A DNA stretch of 47,988 nucleotides, taken from assembly GCA_032718475.1 (NCBI GenBank), contig JAUCBJ010005121.1, positions 1-47,988 of the forward strand, given 5' to 3'. The notes under the pieces were generated by a model, which was given only the letters and a program-made list of their open reading frames with translations, was not told where the DNA came from and did no database searches. Position numbers and translations under genes: made by a program. Positions 11,801-23,962 of the stretch are shown piece after piece. Positions within the stretch are counted from its first letter, which is position 1, and each line of letters opens with the position of its first letter. The DNA is from Nemertoderma westbladi (lineage: Eukaryota; Animalia; Xenacoelomorpha).

Positions 11801-14800
11801 TGTTGGAGCTTTGATACCTAAGAATTCGGTAACTTTGGATCTATATAAGACGAGTTAGATTGTTTGTATATACTCTCAATTTCTTGTCTGAATGGAGCTT
11901 TGAGATCCACCAAAAAGATTTTGCTGCAACTCTGATTTTCTATTCCACATTGCGCAATACAGTGAGTTTGTTTGTCATTTGTCTTATTAACATTTGGTGG
12001 TCTCGGCTGTTTGTTCTGAGCCTGAGATATAGGCTGATTGAGTTTACATAAATGTGCATGACTGACACATGGTCTGTCTTTTTACAGATTGAGCAGAATG
12101 TTTCTTCTCTGCATCTACTCTTGAAATGTTCACCAAGACACTTGTAACAAAGATGGTTTTGACGAATAAACTGTTGTTTCTATTCTATCTTTAGGGTGCC
12201 AAAGTCATGACATTCTTGGAGTGGATGACCTCTTCGATTGTGAAATATACACATAGGTTTTTCTGATTCCTTGTCAGTACTTTTCGGAGTCTTATCAATC
12301 TCAGTTTTTAAAGTTGTAGCTGGCTTCTCGAGCGTAGCCAGTCGACCTACCATGATACCCAGTCGATTCCATGTTGAATCTAGGTTGGCCACCAGAACCA
12401 GGTCTATAATTCCCTTGGGTCTTCTCTCTGGGAATGGTAGGACTATAAGAGGCATTAACAGCTAATGCCTCTTAAAAGTTAAAGAGTAACAACAGTTACT
12501 GTTGTTACTCTTTGAAAGTGTGGGTTGCACTTGTTACGGGCACACCCTTTCAGGAATTGGCAAAAGAATCAGAATGGAGGTGTGATCCATATGTCGCCTC
12601 ATAATCACCTCCTTTATTTATACACTTATCATCTAGCCAATGAGGTAACTTAGCACGAAGTGATTCAATTCCAGTAGAAAAATTTAGGTCGAATAGCTCA
12701 GGAATTTTCAGTATGTTTAATTCGAGTATCTTGCACAGATCACTCAAGTCTCGGAGACGTTTAGGATCATCACCAGCTTGAATTGCTTTGAAATTTGTGA
12801 TCTTAGGGATTTTGCTACTATTGCTCCAGTACCGAATCGAAGCACGAGTTCCCCCCAAATTTCTAACAGTGTGGCTTGGGCGTCAGCTCCGCTGGAATTC
12901 ATAAATGTTTCAATTAGATCTAAGGGCTCCCCTTTTGTATTTGCTTTCAATGTTTGAATTTTTGAATGTTGAATGTTGTCCAAGGGAGACAACATAACAT
13001 CTTTAATTTTGTTGTCTATTAGTTTAGCCCATGACCAAAATTTATATGGTTCCCCTCTAAAAGGATCAGGGGATTTTTCCAAAAGTTCCTTTCTAATTAA
13101 ATATTGGGCAACCACATCAGGAGCTACTGTTAAAGGATTTTGCTGCAATAAGGATGGGTTCCCTCGGAAGGAATGAGCCTCAGGGTTCACGGGCATCGTT
13201 TTACTTACTGGGCAAGGTAATGAGAGGTTTCTGTATATATATATGGTTGGTCCTTATTATTTTGACCAAAAAATGAAAACTCTGCACCTGCTGAAATATT
13301 ATTCCTGCTCCCCACTATACACACTGATGGGAGCCCAGTAAATGTAAGACCAGTAAGTTGTTTCGGGGGAGGCCCTCCTGGGTTTGGGTTAGGCACTCTT
13401 GGGGCAGGATGGGTGATTCGAGGCGTACCAAAATATTGTGAATCTAATATGGGTACATTAGCATCACTAGTTTCAGGTTTAGGTTTGATGCCTAGATTAC
13501 CATCTGGTATACTTTCTGTCCAAGAATTAAGGGTGCTGAAGGATGTTGAGTTTGTATTGCTATGTTTGGACTATGGTAATGGTTTGCCAATGTCAAGTTT
13601 ATATTGTGAAGGGCATTATTGGGTGTCAAGAGTGATGCCCCAACTGGTTGAGTAGTTGCATATGTGAATGTATGCTGGACAGGTGTACTGTGCGTAAGCC
13701 TAACCGGACTTACACTCCCCATAGTTAGATTATTAGAGGGTACTCTCACCAATGGGTTAGTTGAAGGACAGAATCGATAAGAAACACTTGGCGTAGGCCT
13801 AGCTGGGCTTATATCTATAATTGAATTCCTCGGTGCAACTGAAACTGATGGACTAGAAGATTGACTGAGTGGCCACTGGACAGTTAATTGTTGTTGTTCG
13901 ATATAACTTTATCACCTTATCTTCACTGGACTCTGGACATTTCATGGATGTCACTCAAGCTGATGTTTGACCATGGCAGTGACACAAATGAAGACTCAAC
14001 AGACACACTATCTTCTGTACTTCTGTATCTTCTGTACTTCTACTGTACAGTACTTCTTATCCAGAGCACAGAATAAGGTATCGAACTGACCCTTTTTATT
14101 TTCGAAATTGCGAATAAATTCATCACTCTCTACCAAGGAACATAAACTGTCAATATCTGTAGAGCACATATCTTCCACACTAAGTTTAATTTTTTCATAG
14201 TCCTCTAGTACATAGTAACCAGGTTGCCCTGAGAGGGGTTTGTTTTGAATTACTACCAGAAGGCGCCGTGGCCATGGTTTATTTACTTTTAAATTATTTA
14301 ACATAGATGTAATTCCTGACAATTATTATATTTAAAGTACCGGTATTTTAAATTCGAAGTAGAGACTATTCCCAGTGAAGTAGTAGCACAAATATGATAT
14401 TCAAATTTATTTCGATTATAGGTAATATATAGTTATAGGTATAGGTATATATTATTTGCAGATTACTTATATATATTTATTTATTTATTATATATTATAA
14501 TATAGGCCTATGTAGCTTTCTAATGTAACCAATGTTTGGAGGGAGGGTGTAATGCCGTGTTACTATGTAAAGTTGTACATGCCTGAATATTTAGTAGGAA
14601 TGGAACTAGAATGACCAGTACTGACATTTAATATATAGCAGTGTGGTAGATGTGGATGATTTGCGGGTAGAATGGGGACATGTTTGGCTTACAATTGCCC
14701 ACCCTAAAGGTTTCTTATGTAAGAATTGGTGGTATACTACCATAGGTTTTTGTGGGAAGTAATTCACTACAATCACGACCAAGGAGAGTGAGTGTTTCAG

Positions 14801-17618
14801 CTAAATCATCTCTTACTGGAAACCTACTTGCATAGTTTTGGATATGTGGGAGACTTTTTATTATTTCAGGAGTAGCAATATCATTTCTTGCTTCAGGAAT
14901 CCCCGCATTTGTATACAGTGGTGGAAGATAGAAGCTTCTAGATTCGGTAACCCCTTTAATTTCTAGACCTTCAACTATCACACCTGAAACCTGGAACTGT
15001 AACTGTGTTAAAGTTGAAATCGTGTAATCATATGTTGGAGCTTTGATACCTAAGAATTCGGTAACTTTGGATCTATATAAGACGAGTTAGATTGTTTGTA
15101 TATACTCTCAATTTCTTGTCTGAATGGAGCTTTGAGATCCACCAAAAAGATTTTGCTGCAACTCTGATTTTCTATTCCACATTGCGCAATACAGTGAGTT
15201 TGTTTGTCATTTGTCTTATTAACATTTGGTGGTCTCGGCTGTTTGTTCTGAGCCAGAGATATAGGCTGATTGAGTTTACATAAATGTGCATGACTGACAC
15301 ATGGTCTGTCTTTTTACAGATTGAGCAGAATGTTTCTTCTCTGCATCTACTCTTGAAATGTTCACCGAGACACTTGTAACAAAGATGGTTTTGACGAATA
15401 AACTGTTGTTTCTATTCTATCTTTAGGGTGCCAAAGTCATGACATTCTTGGAGTGAATGACCTCTTCGATTGTGAAATATACACATAGGTTTTTCTGATT
15501 CCTTGTCAGTACTTTTCGGAGTCTTATCAATCTCAGTTTTTAAAGTTGTATAGCTGGCTTCTCGAGCGTAGCCAGTCGACCTACCATGATACCCAGTCGA
15601 TTCCATGTTGAATCTAGGTTGGCCACCAGAACCAGGTCTATAATTCCCTTGGGTCTTCTCTCTGGGAATGGTAGGACTATAAGAGGCATTAACAGCTAAT
15701 GCCTCTTAAAAGTTAAAGAGTAACAACAGTTACTGTTGTTACTCTTTGAAAGTGTGGGTTGCACTTGTTACGGGCACACCCTTTCAGGAATTGGCAAAAG
15801 AATCAGAATGGAGGTGTGATCCATATGTCGCCTCATAATCACCTCCTTTATTTATACACTTATCATCTAGCCAATGAGGTAACTTAGCACGAAGTGATTC
15901 AATTCCAGTAGAAAAATTTAGGTCGAATAGCTCAGGAATTTTCAGTATGTTTAATTCGAGTATCTTGCACAGATCACTCAAGTCTCGGAGACGTTTAGGA
16001 TCATCACCAGCTTGAATTGCTTTGAAATTTGTGATCTTAGGGATTTTGCTACTATTGCTCCAGTACCGAATCGAAGCACGAGTTCCCCCCAAATTTCTAA
16101 CAGTGTGGCTTGGGCGTCAGCTCCGCTTGAATTCATAAATGTTTCAATTAGATCTAAGGGCTCCCCTTTTGTATTTGCTTTCAATAGCTGAATGTTGTCC
16201 AAGGGAGACAACATAACATCTTTAATTTTGTTGTCTATTAGTTTAGCCCATGACCAAAATTTATATGGTTCCCCTCTAAAAGGATCAGGGGATTTTTCCA
16301 AAAGTTCCTTTCTAATTAAATATTGGGCAACCACATCAGGAGCTACTGTTAAAGGATTTTGCTGCAATAAGGATGGGTTCCCTCGGAAGGAATGAGCCTC
16401 AGGGTTCACGGGCATCGTTTTACTTACTGGACAAGGTAATGAGAGGTTTCTGTATATATATATGGTTGGTCCTTATTATTTTGACCAAGAAATGAAAACT
16501 CTGCACCTGCTGAAATATTATTCCTGCTCCCCACTATACACACTGATGGGAGCCCAGTAAATGTAACACCAGTAAGTTGTTTCGGGGGAGGCCCTCCTGG
16601 GTTTGGGTTAGGCACTCTTGGGGCAGGATGGGTGATTCGAGGCGTACCAAAATATTGTGAATCTAATATGGGTACATTAGCATCACTAGTTCCAGGTTTA
16701 GGTGTGATGCCTAGATTACCATCTGGTATACTTTCTGTCCAAGAATTAAGGGTGCTGAAGGATGTTGAGTTTGTATTGCTATGTTTGGACTATGGTAATG
16801 GTTTAATGGTAGTAGGTCAGGTCAGGTCCCCAGATCCTGCTACCACTATGGCAGTAATGTGGTACTACCTGTAGCTGTCAGCCCAGTAGGGCAGGCCCGA
16901 TAAGCATAGCCTATTCATTATTTAGTTGATCAAGAGTGGGTTGGTTCAGCCCCGTCAACTAAATAAGTCATTGAGGGCTATAGCGCCTAGGGCACCATTG
17001 AAGGCAAAGGCTTGATACGCATCTGCATTAGAGATGATACAAGCCCCGCCCTGTCTAAAATGGATGCTCCTCTACCAGTGTTAGGTAACCTAACCCAGGA
17101 GGCACACTTGGTTCAGAGTGTAACAAATGGACCCCTACAGTCGGCAGCAGGGCTGTAGGCCATGGATAGGCGGAAGGTAATCAACCAACGGCTAGACATG
17201 CTGACAAGGTCGGTGGAAGGTAATCAACCAACGGCGACCTACTGCGAAGACGCTTGTAGGAGTTGCGACCACAAGCGGTTTACCCCCGCAACTGAAAGAT
17301 ATGAGTATGAGAACCCTCCAGGAGAAATACCGGCTCGGTCGTCGCCCGGGTCAACAAGGACCGCGTCCCTCAGTGGTACTACTGGCTACTGGAACAGAAG
17401 ACAGAGAAGAAAGAAGAACCAACCTGTTGAAATGTAAAAAGACACTAAAGATTGCTACAATGAACGCACGCACGCTGAAAGCACAGAGCAAACAGGGTGA
17501 CATGGTCGCTCTGGCAATGGAATATAACATTGACATCATCTGCATCCAAGAACATCGGATTTGTCATGAAGACACTGCCATGAAGTACAATGACATTGGA
17601 AATGGATGGACGTTAGTA

Positions 17619-17867
17619 TGTAATGGATCAGTACCTGAGGGTTAGGATACGACAGTGTGAATGCTGAACTGAATAATCTGAATGCGAAAACCTTTATTCT
17701 ATATAAACAGATAAGTAAGACACAATGAACAAAAGTAACGGTACAGCTGTTGTTTGAATTTCCCGCCTTTTACAATATAGCGGTATTTGTACAGTATATA
17801 GAATTTTAACAGCACACAGTAAAAACTGAAGCAGTGGTCTTCGCGTGGCACGTTAGGGACCACCACA
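17619..17867 (-). repeat. Gypsy 3' LTR (249 bp)
   Basis: Matches 22129-22372 and 22375-22619 with no differences noticed. The PPT (minus-strand tatgggggggctg) is adjacent at 17868-17880. Confidence 0.95.
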
Positions 17868-17961
17868 CAGCCCCCCCATAAGTGGCGGAGCATCGAAGAA
17901 AATAATACAACTTAAAAGAGTATTAAAATAAAATAATAACAATCAAATGATTAGTTCATGT

Positions 17962-20900
17962 TTAATAATAGTGATAAATGTTCTTCTTTGTTGAAATGGT
18001 AACGCGCCCGGCACGGGTTTTTGAAGATGCGTTTGGTGGCCTCAAAGAAGAAGGCCGAGTGGGAGGTGCGACAGGTGGAGCTGATTGAGAGACGCTCGGA
18101 AGTCTGGTCCGGCGAGGCAACTCGATATAAGGTTGAGGCAATACCGTCTGTGGGACGAAAGGTTTGAGACGAGAAACACTGACAGTGTCATGGCGCCCCT
18201 TCTTCTCAATTATGACGGTAGCCCCACAATCTTTTATAACAGGGTAGGGTCCTGTGTAGGGGGCTTCTAAAGATCGTCGAATCCGATCGATACGTAACCA
18301 TACTTGCTGCGTGCCTGGAGGCAGGCTAGTCCGAAATGGAATGCGATCGATTGGTTGAGGTTGCTGATAAATATGGCTAGCAGGGTCGAATAAGGTGCGA
18401 AGATTATCAACCAATGTAGGTAAATCAGTTTTTGAAGCAGTGAGAAGTTTGTAAGGATAGCGAGGCATCTCTCCTGTTACAAGTGTGAATGGAGTGAGTT
18501 TGGTTTCCGAAGGGGTGTTACGAAGAGCCCATAAAATCGGGGTAATCGAACTTAACCAATCTGTTCCACTAGCAACGATGGCTTCTTTCATTCTGCGGTG
18601 TAATCTCTCAACCATTCCGTTTGTTTGAGGGTGGTACGCGGTCGTTCTGAGTCTTGTATATCCAAGTATTCTAGAAATGGCTTGAAACAGTTTTGACTCG
18701 AATTGCGAACCACGATCAGAAATAAGATGGAGAGGAATTCCAAAGTTTGCAATCCAGCCCTCAATGAAGGCGCGGGCCACGGTGGTTGTCACGGTATTGT
18801 GAACCGGAATAGCCATCGGCCAACTAGAAAATCGGTCAATAGCTGTAACTAGGTGAGTAAAACCATTTACTGCGGGTAAAGGGCCAACAATATCTATGTG
18901 GACTATATCGAATCGCTCGGATACAATTGGCATGGGTTGCTTCGGTGGGTGAATATGACGAACAATTTTTGATTGTTGGCAAATGTCACATTGGCGAACC
19001 CATTCTTTAATATCAGTTTTGGCATGAGGCCAAAAGAATTGGGATAACACTAAACGTTGAGACGCATTTCGACCAGGATGAGATAATTGATGTACTTGAT
19101 CGAAAATAGCATGTCGAAGTTGGGGTGGAATATAGGGTCGGGGCCATGAAGAATTAGTATCACATGCCAAGTTAACATCACCGAAAGGATAATCCGTTAA
19201 ATTATCTGGAAGTTCATCATTAGCTTGTGCGGAGGCGATGGCGGGCAAATCACAGGCATCAATGGTGATACTGTAGACAGTAGATTTGTTTGAGTTTCGA
19301 GGCGGTGTGTTTGGGATTTCGGGCCGCGATAAAGAGTCCGCAACGATGTTGGATGAGCCAGGAATGTAACGGAGCTCATCTAGATACTCCGTAATGGTAG
19401 CGAGACGACTGCTCTGCCAATGGGATACTGGGTCGGAAGTTTTCTTAACTGCAGAAAGGAGCGGTTTGTGATCGGTATAGGCAACAGTTTTAATCGACTC
19501 GATGATGGGCCGAAAATGCATGACAGCACTTGATAAGGCGAGCAACTCCCGTTCGAAAGCGGAGCGTTTAGAATCTGAAGCGCTAAGGCGGCGCGAGAAG
19601 AAAGCGAGTGGTCTGCCGTTTGCTTCTAATACGGCACCAATAGCGATTTGAGATGCGTCAGTTGTCAATGAAAGTTCGGATGTATCAGGAGGTGGGTGAA
19701 CTAAAATCACGCTATCTTGCAACAGTTTGATTATCTCCTCGTAGGCTAACTGGTGCTCGGCCAGCCAAAGGAATAGAGGATAAATACCTCCCTTAGGTTG
19801 TGTATTGGTTAAAAGTTCCTGAAGTGGATGAAGGACTTTGGCGGCTCGAGGAATGAAACGACGATAAAAGTTTATCGCACCCATCCGACTTCGAAGTTCT
19901 TTATAAGAAGTAGGAGTCGGAAGGGCCGTTAGTTCATCGACTTTTGAGGGTGATGGTGAAACACCGTCTGCTGTAATTCTAAATCCGAGAAAATCGAGTT
20001 CTGGGACGGCGAAAACGCACTTCGAAAAATTAAGGTGAAGCGAATGAGCAGCTAAACGAGTGAATAGGTCGTGGAGGTGTTTACTGTGTTCAGCCATAGT
20101 GGCAGAGCCCACAATAATATCATCATAATAGGGGAATGTTCCGGGGTCTAAACCTCTCAGGGCCTTGTGAACCTGCCTGTTAAAATGAGGTCCAGCATTT
20201 TTCAAACCGAAAGACATGCGAACATATTCGAACAAGCCAAAGGGCGTTGTAATGGCGGTCTTTGGAATATCTTTTTCTCGTACAGGGATGGCATGGTATG
20301 CCTTGACGAGATCGACTTTCGTGAAGATGGTGCAACCATGGAGAAAGGCGTTGGCGTCACGGGCGTCGGGTGTAGGATAATTGTCTTTTTTAGTGACAAA
20401 ATTTAGACGGCGATAATCGCCACAAGGGCGGTACGTGGAGTCTTTCTTTGTCACCATGTGGAGGGGTGACGACCACTCAGAAGATGAGGGGCGGACAATC
20501 CCAAGAGTCAACAGTTCCTCGAAATAATGCTTCGCAGTGGCGAGTTTATCAGGGGCTAATCTTCTAGGTTTGGAGTGAATCGGAGGACCATCTGTCTCGA
20601 TTGCGAACTCAGTTGATGAGGGAGGAGTCTTTGAATAATCTGGCGGGTCGAATAGATAGGAAAATGGGTGAAGACAATCAGCGATGGGGTCTGGAAACTT
20701 GTAGGATGACTGCGTCTGCAGCGATAATAAAGGATCCAGCGAATCAGAGGTATGAGTTGATAAGGATGCAACGAGTCTGGTATAAGTATCGCGCAATATT
20801 GAAGCTTTACAATCCACCAACAACTCGTGTTCGGAGAGGAAATCTGCGCCTAAAATAGCTTGGGTAACTTCAGCAATAATGAACTTATGGGAAAATTGGC

Positions 20901-21162
20901 GGCGAATGCTCTTGAGTGAAATGGGGAGAGTGATACAACCAACAGTTTTTATTTTACGTCCGTCAGCTGTGTAGAGGATATCGGTGTTCGGTTCGATTAT
21001 CGAGTTTGTAGCAAAGCTGAGTGGCAACACGCTCACTGAGGCACCTGTATCTATTAGAAAGCAGACAGCTTTGTCACAGAGTTGTGCGTTGATAGTGGGC
21101 GATTTACGCGTATTAGCCCCTACTGTTGAAATCGCATCAACGGGAGGGGCATCTAGTTTCCC
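17962..21162 (-). CDS. pol: Gypsy Pol (protease, RT, RNase H, integrase), expressed by -1 frameshift
   Basis: The open frame extends upstream of the ORF-track start (21036) to include FLIDTGAS. Contains RT YYDD, RNase H TDAS and YTDHKPL, integrase HHCC, HIDIVG, SDRG and NGMVER. Confidence 0.93.
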   Translation of the reverse strand, partial: GKLDAPPVDAISTVGANTRKSPTINAQLCDKAVCFLIDTGASVSVLPLSFATNSIIEPNTDILYTADGRKIKTVGCITLPISLKSIRRQFSHKFIIAEVTQAILGADFLSEHELLVDCKASILRDTYTRLVASLSTHTSDSLDPLLSLQTQSSYKFPDPIADCLHPFSYLFDPPDYSKTPPSSTEFAIETDGPPIHSKPRRLAPDKLATAKHYFEELLTLGIVRPSSSEWSSPLHMVTKKDSTYRPCGDYRRLNFVTKKDNYPTPDARDANAFLHGCTIFTKVDLVKAYHAIPVREKDIPKTAITTPFGLFEYVRMSFGLKNAGPHFNRQVHKALRGLDPGTFPYYDDIIVGSATMAEHSKHLHDLFTRLAAHSLHLNFSKCVFAVPELDFLGFRITADGVSPSPSKVDELTALPTPTSYKELRSRMGAINFYRRFIPRAAKVLHPLQELLTNTQPKGGIYPLFLWLAEHQLAYEEIIKLLQDSVILVHPPPDTSELSLTTDASQIAIGAVLEANGRPLAFFSRRLSASDSKRSAFERELLALSSAVMHFRPIIESIKTVAYTDHKPLLSAVKKTSDPVSHWQSSRLATITEYLDELRYIPGSSNIVADSLSRPEIPNTPPRNSNKSTVYSITIDACDLPAIASAQANDELPDNLTDYPFGDVNLACDTNSSWPRPYIPPQLRHAIFDQVHQLSHPGRNASQRLVLSQFFWPHAKTDIKEWVRQCDICQQSKIVRHIHPPKQPMPIVSERFDIVHIDIVGPLPAVNGFTHLVTAIDRFSSWPMAIPVHNTVTTTVARAFIEGWIANFGIPLHLISDRGSQFESKLFQAISRILGYTRLRTTAYHPQTNGMVERLHRRMKEAIVASGTDWLSSITPILWALRNTPSETKLTPFTLVTGEMPRYPYKLLTASKTDLPTLVDNLRTLFDPASHIYQQPQPIDRIPFRTSLPPGTQQVWLRIDRIRRSLEAPYTGPYPVIKDCGATVIIEKKGRHDTVSVSRLKPFVPQTVLPQPYIELPRRTRLPSVSQSAPPVAPPTRPSSLRPPNASSKTRAGRVTISTKKNIYHYY
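21115..21162 (-). promoter_or_regulatory. Programmed -1 ribosomal frameshift signal
   Basis: Slippery G GGA AAC (21156-21162) sits just before the gag TAG, followed after 5 nt by stem-loop GCCCCT..GTTGA/TCAAC..AGGGGC. The -1 frame is pol. Confidence 0.85.
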
Positions 21163-22061
21163 TGCGGCGATGAGTCCCTGGATCCGGCACGAGAAGGCTC
21201 TCGGGAACGAATACGAGGGTTGTGAGAATCACTCTTTGGAAACTGGCACCAGTGGGTGCATGTTCGCGCTTTTATACCAAAAAAGATATGCGAACGGCAC
21301 ACTTTGGGACGCTGTGTAGAAGAGAATGGAGTTAAGGTTCGTTGGAAGGACTCCTGATTAGACTGGCGGTAAAAATCTTGTTGGTAAGATGGGTTAAAAC
21401 TGTAAGCAGAACGGTTTCGAGAATCGTAGCCGTACTCCTGCTGAGAATCTTGAAAAACCTCATCGCGCCGGTTGCTTCGTCGGTATGGACGACCACGTGA
21501 TTGGTGATCTTCTAAAAATTGCGTTTCCTGGGAAAAATCGGTGGAGTTAGTGCGTTTAGATGGAGTTAGTGCGTTTAGCTGGTAACTCTGGCAGGTTGTT
21601 GCAGCGACAACTGTGTCGGCGATTTTTAAAAATTCGTCTAATCCGTTTTGTGCCTGTGTGGCCAGAGCTGATTTTGCGGAGTCAGTGGGCATAGCCTCGA
21701 TAACGCGAGCGATGATTTCTTGTTCGCTGCGCTCGGGCATTTCTGCTGCGTTGGCCAGTATCTTCAATCGTTGGACGGCGTGAGAAGGTCGTTCACCGTC
21801 CGATATCGTGAATGTGGCGATCGCCTTCCGGATAAGATCGTATCTCGATTCGCCAAGTGAACTTTTGAGCAACTCATGAGCTTCCTCATAGGACTTTGTC
21901 TCCGAAGTCGCGATAATGGCCGCCTGATCGGTTGGTAACAAAGTGAAAAGGAGATTGAGTTGGTCGGCATCGGCAGTCTTCTCCATGGCGAAATACGCTT
22001 CTAACTGTTTAAACCAAATCGATGGTTGGCGCGGGCAAAATGCCGGTATTCGAGAAGCCAT
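21153..22061 (-). CDS. gag: Gypsy Gag (302 aa)
   Basis: IPAFCPRQPSIWFKQLEAYF N-terminal motif and C-x2-H-x9-C-x3-C (CRSHIFFGIKARTCTHWC). Confidence 0.92.
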   Translation of the reverse strand: MASRIPAFCPRQPSIWFKQLEAYFAMEKTADADQLNLLFTLLPTDQAAIIATSETKSYEEAHELLKSSLGESRYDLIRKAIATFTISDGERPSHAVQRLKILANAAEMPERSEQEIIARVIEAMPTDSAKSALATQAQNGLDEFLKIADTVVAATTCQSYQLNALTPSKRTNSTDFSQETQFLEDHQSRGRPYRRSNRRDEVFQDSQQEYGYDSRNRSAYSFNPSYQQDFYRQSNQESFQRTLTPFSSTQRPKVCRSHIFFGIKARTCTHWCQFPKSDSHNPRIRSREPSRAGSRDSSPQGN

Positions 22062-22114
22062 TATTGGTCGATCGTGTTTACTAACTGTACCGTAGGTAGG
22101 CTAGAAGGTGCGAA

Positions 22115-22127
22115 GTCTGGGTCACCA
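22115..22127 (-). promoter_or_regulatory. Primer binding site, tRNA-Trp-like
   Basis: TGGTGACCCAGAC 1 nt after the LTR; resembles the complement of the animal tRNA-Trp 3' end (TGGTGACCCCGAC, recalled). Confidence 0.75.
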
Positions 22128-22128
22128 G

Positions 22129-22619
22129 TGTAATGGATCAGTACCTGAGGGTTAGGATACGACAGTGTGAATGCTGAACTGAATAATCTGAATGCGAAAA
22201 CCTTTATTCTATATAAACAGATAAGTAAGACACAATGAACAAAAGTAACGGTACAGCTGTTGTTTGAATTTCCCGCCTTTTACAATATAGCGGTATTTGT
22301 ACAGTATATAGAATTTTAACAGCACACAGTAAAAACTGAAGCAGTGGTCTTCGCGTGGCACGTTAGGGACCAAGATGGATCAGTACCTGAGGGTTAGGAT
22401 ACGACAGTGTGAATGCTGAACTGAATAATCTGAATGCGAAAACCTTTATTCTATATAAACAGATAAGTAAGACACAATGAACAAAAGTAACGGTACAGCT
22501 GTTGTTTGAATTTCCCGCCTTTTACAATATAGCGGTATTTGTACAGTATATAGAATTTTAACAGCACACAGTAAAAACTGAAGCAGTGGTCTTCGCGTGG
22601 CACGTTAGGGACCACCACA
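22129..22619 (-). repeat. Tandemly doubled Gypsy 5' LTR
   Basis: Copy 22129-22372 lacks the terminal ccaca, then a 2-nt filler ag, then copy 22375-22619 lacks the initial tgta. Confidence 0.95.
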
Positions 22620-23962
22620 AGTAACAAGCTCAGCAGTAAGAAACTCGGCCAATGCATCAATTGGTGGAGTAGGAATTCTGCTAAGCCCATTTGCACTTAA
22701 GACCCTAAACAACATCGAATCTATAAATTCCAGGGTTATGATCGCAACATTTGATGGGAATCCCAAGACAACAGTTATATGTTGCTACAGTCCAACCAAT
22801 GCATCAGAGCCAGAACAAGCAGTCAAGTTTTATGAAGAACTGACTGGACTTATTAAGGACATCCCGAAACACAATGTTAAAGTCATTGCTGGTGACCTGA
22901 ATGCGCAAATTGGCCCAGAAGACATCAAGGATTACACCTATAACACCAGTTCTAACAGAAATGGGTACTTACTCTTAGACCTAATGGAAGAATGTGAATT
23001 GATACCAACAAACAACACATTCGAAAAGAGTAAGGGGAAGCTATGGACCTTTCAATACCCTAATGGAACCAAAGCACAACTGGATTACATCTTTATAAAC
23101 AAAAAGTGGAGAAATAGCATGATCAACTGCGAGGCATACAGCTCGTTCAACCTAAATGGTTCGGACCACAGAATTGTGACTGCAGAGATCAGACTCAGTT
23201 TGAGAGCCAGCAAACCCAGGACAAGCAAGCAAATCAACTATGACTGGGAGAAACTCAGAACTGACAATGCTGTAAAGGATGCTTATACAGTAGAAGTTCA
23301 AAACCGCTTTGAAGCACTTCAGTCAATGGATGAAGACCAATCCACCGATTCAATATACCAGAATATAATAACAGCCCACAAGGAATCAGCAAAGAGGCAT
23401 ATCCCCCAGAAACCTAAACGAAAACAGTATGTGCCATGGCAAAACTCTGAGGTTACTTGTAAGAGAGAAGATCTTAAGATAGCCTACAAAGTTAAAACCG
23501 AACAACCAACAACCGAAAACATTAACAAGGTTGAGAAAGCTAAGGACGATCTTAAATTGGCCTACAACATCAGCCAGGAAAAGTACATACAGGATAAAAC
23601 TGAAGCAATTACAACTGCTCACATACAGCAACAATCAAGACTTACCTGGCAAACTGTAAATGAGGTATCTGGTCGGAAAAGTTGTGCAAAGGGGCGCCTC
23701 AAAGCCGATAGTCCTGAAGAACGTGTTGGGAAGTGGAAAAATCACTTCAGCAACTTGCTTGGGCAGCCACCAAACATCGAGGTCAGCCCTACAAGGAAAA
23801 TATATGACAAGACACTACCTATAGAAACAGGGGACTTCACACCTGCCGAACTCCAAAGAAGCATTAAAAGCATGTCCAATAATAAAGCGAGTGGATTAGA
23901 TGAAATCCCAGCGGAGGTATGGAAAACCGGAGTGCTAAATAGACCATTATTGAATGTTTGCA

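Larger units (their letters stand above)
6041..14330 (-). mobile_element. Decayed BEL/Pao LTR retrotransposon (Pao-2): gag-PR-RT-RNaseH-IN with many frameshifts
   Basis: Gag PDPFRGEPYKFWSW (12744-13196), zinc knuckle CIFH..GHPLQEC, RT SIYVDDG (about 10555-10575), RNase H FCDVSDKGIG and IPRLELCAA (9774-10196), integrase HHCC (about 8935-9070) and core LHSDRGSNF/WERKI (6808-7431). Confidence 0.9.
17619..22619 (-). mobile_element. Apparently intact Ty3/Gypsy LTR retrotransposon, CsRn1-like lineage
   Basis: 4-bp TSD agta (17615-17618, 22620-22623), 249-bp TG..CA LTRs, PPT, tRNA-Trp-like PBS, CHCC gag motif and PR-RT-RH-IN order. Confidence 0.95.

Noticed and set aside
20984-21319. Plus-strand short ORFs within Gypsy, RTE and Pao elements
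   Set aside because: Antisense shadows of retroelement coding sequence with no recognisable motifs.
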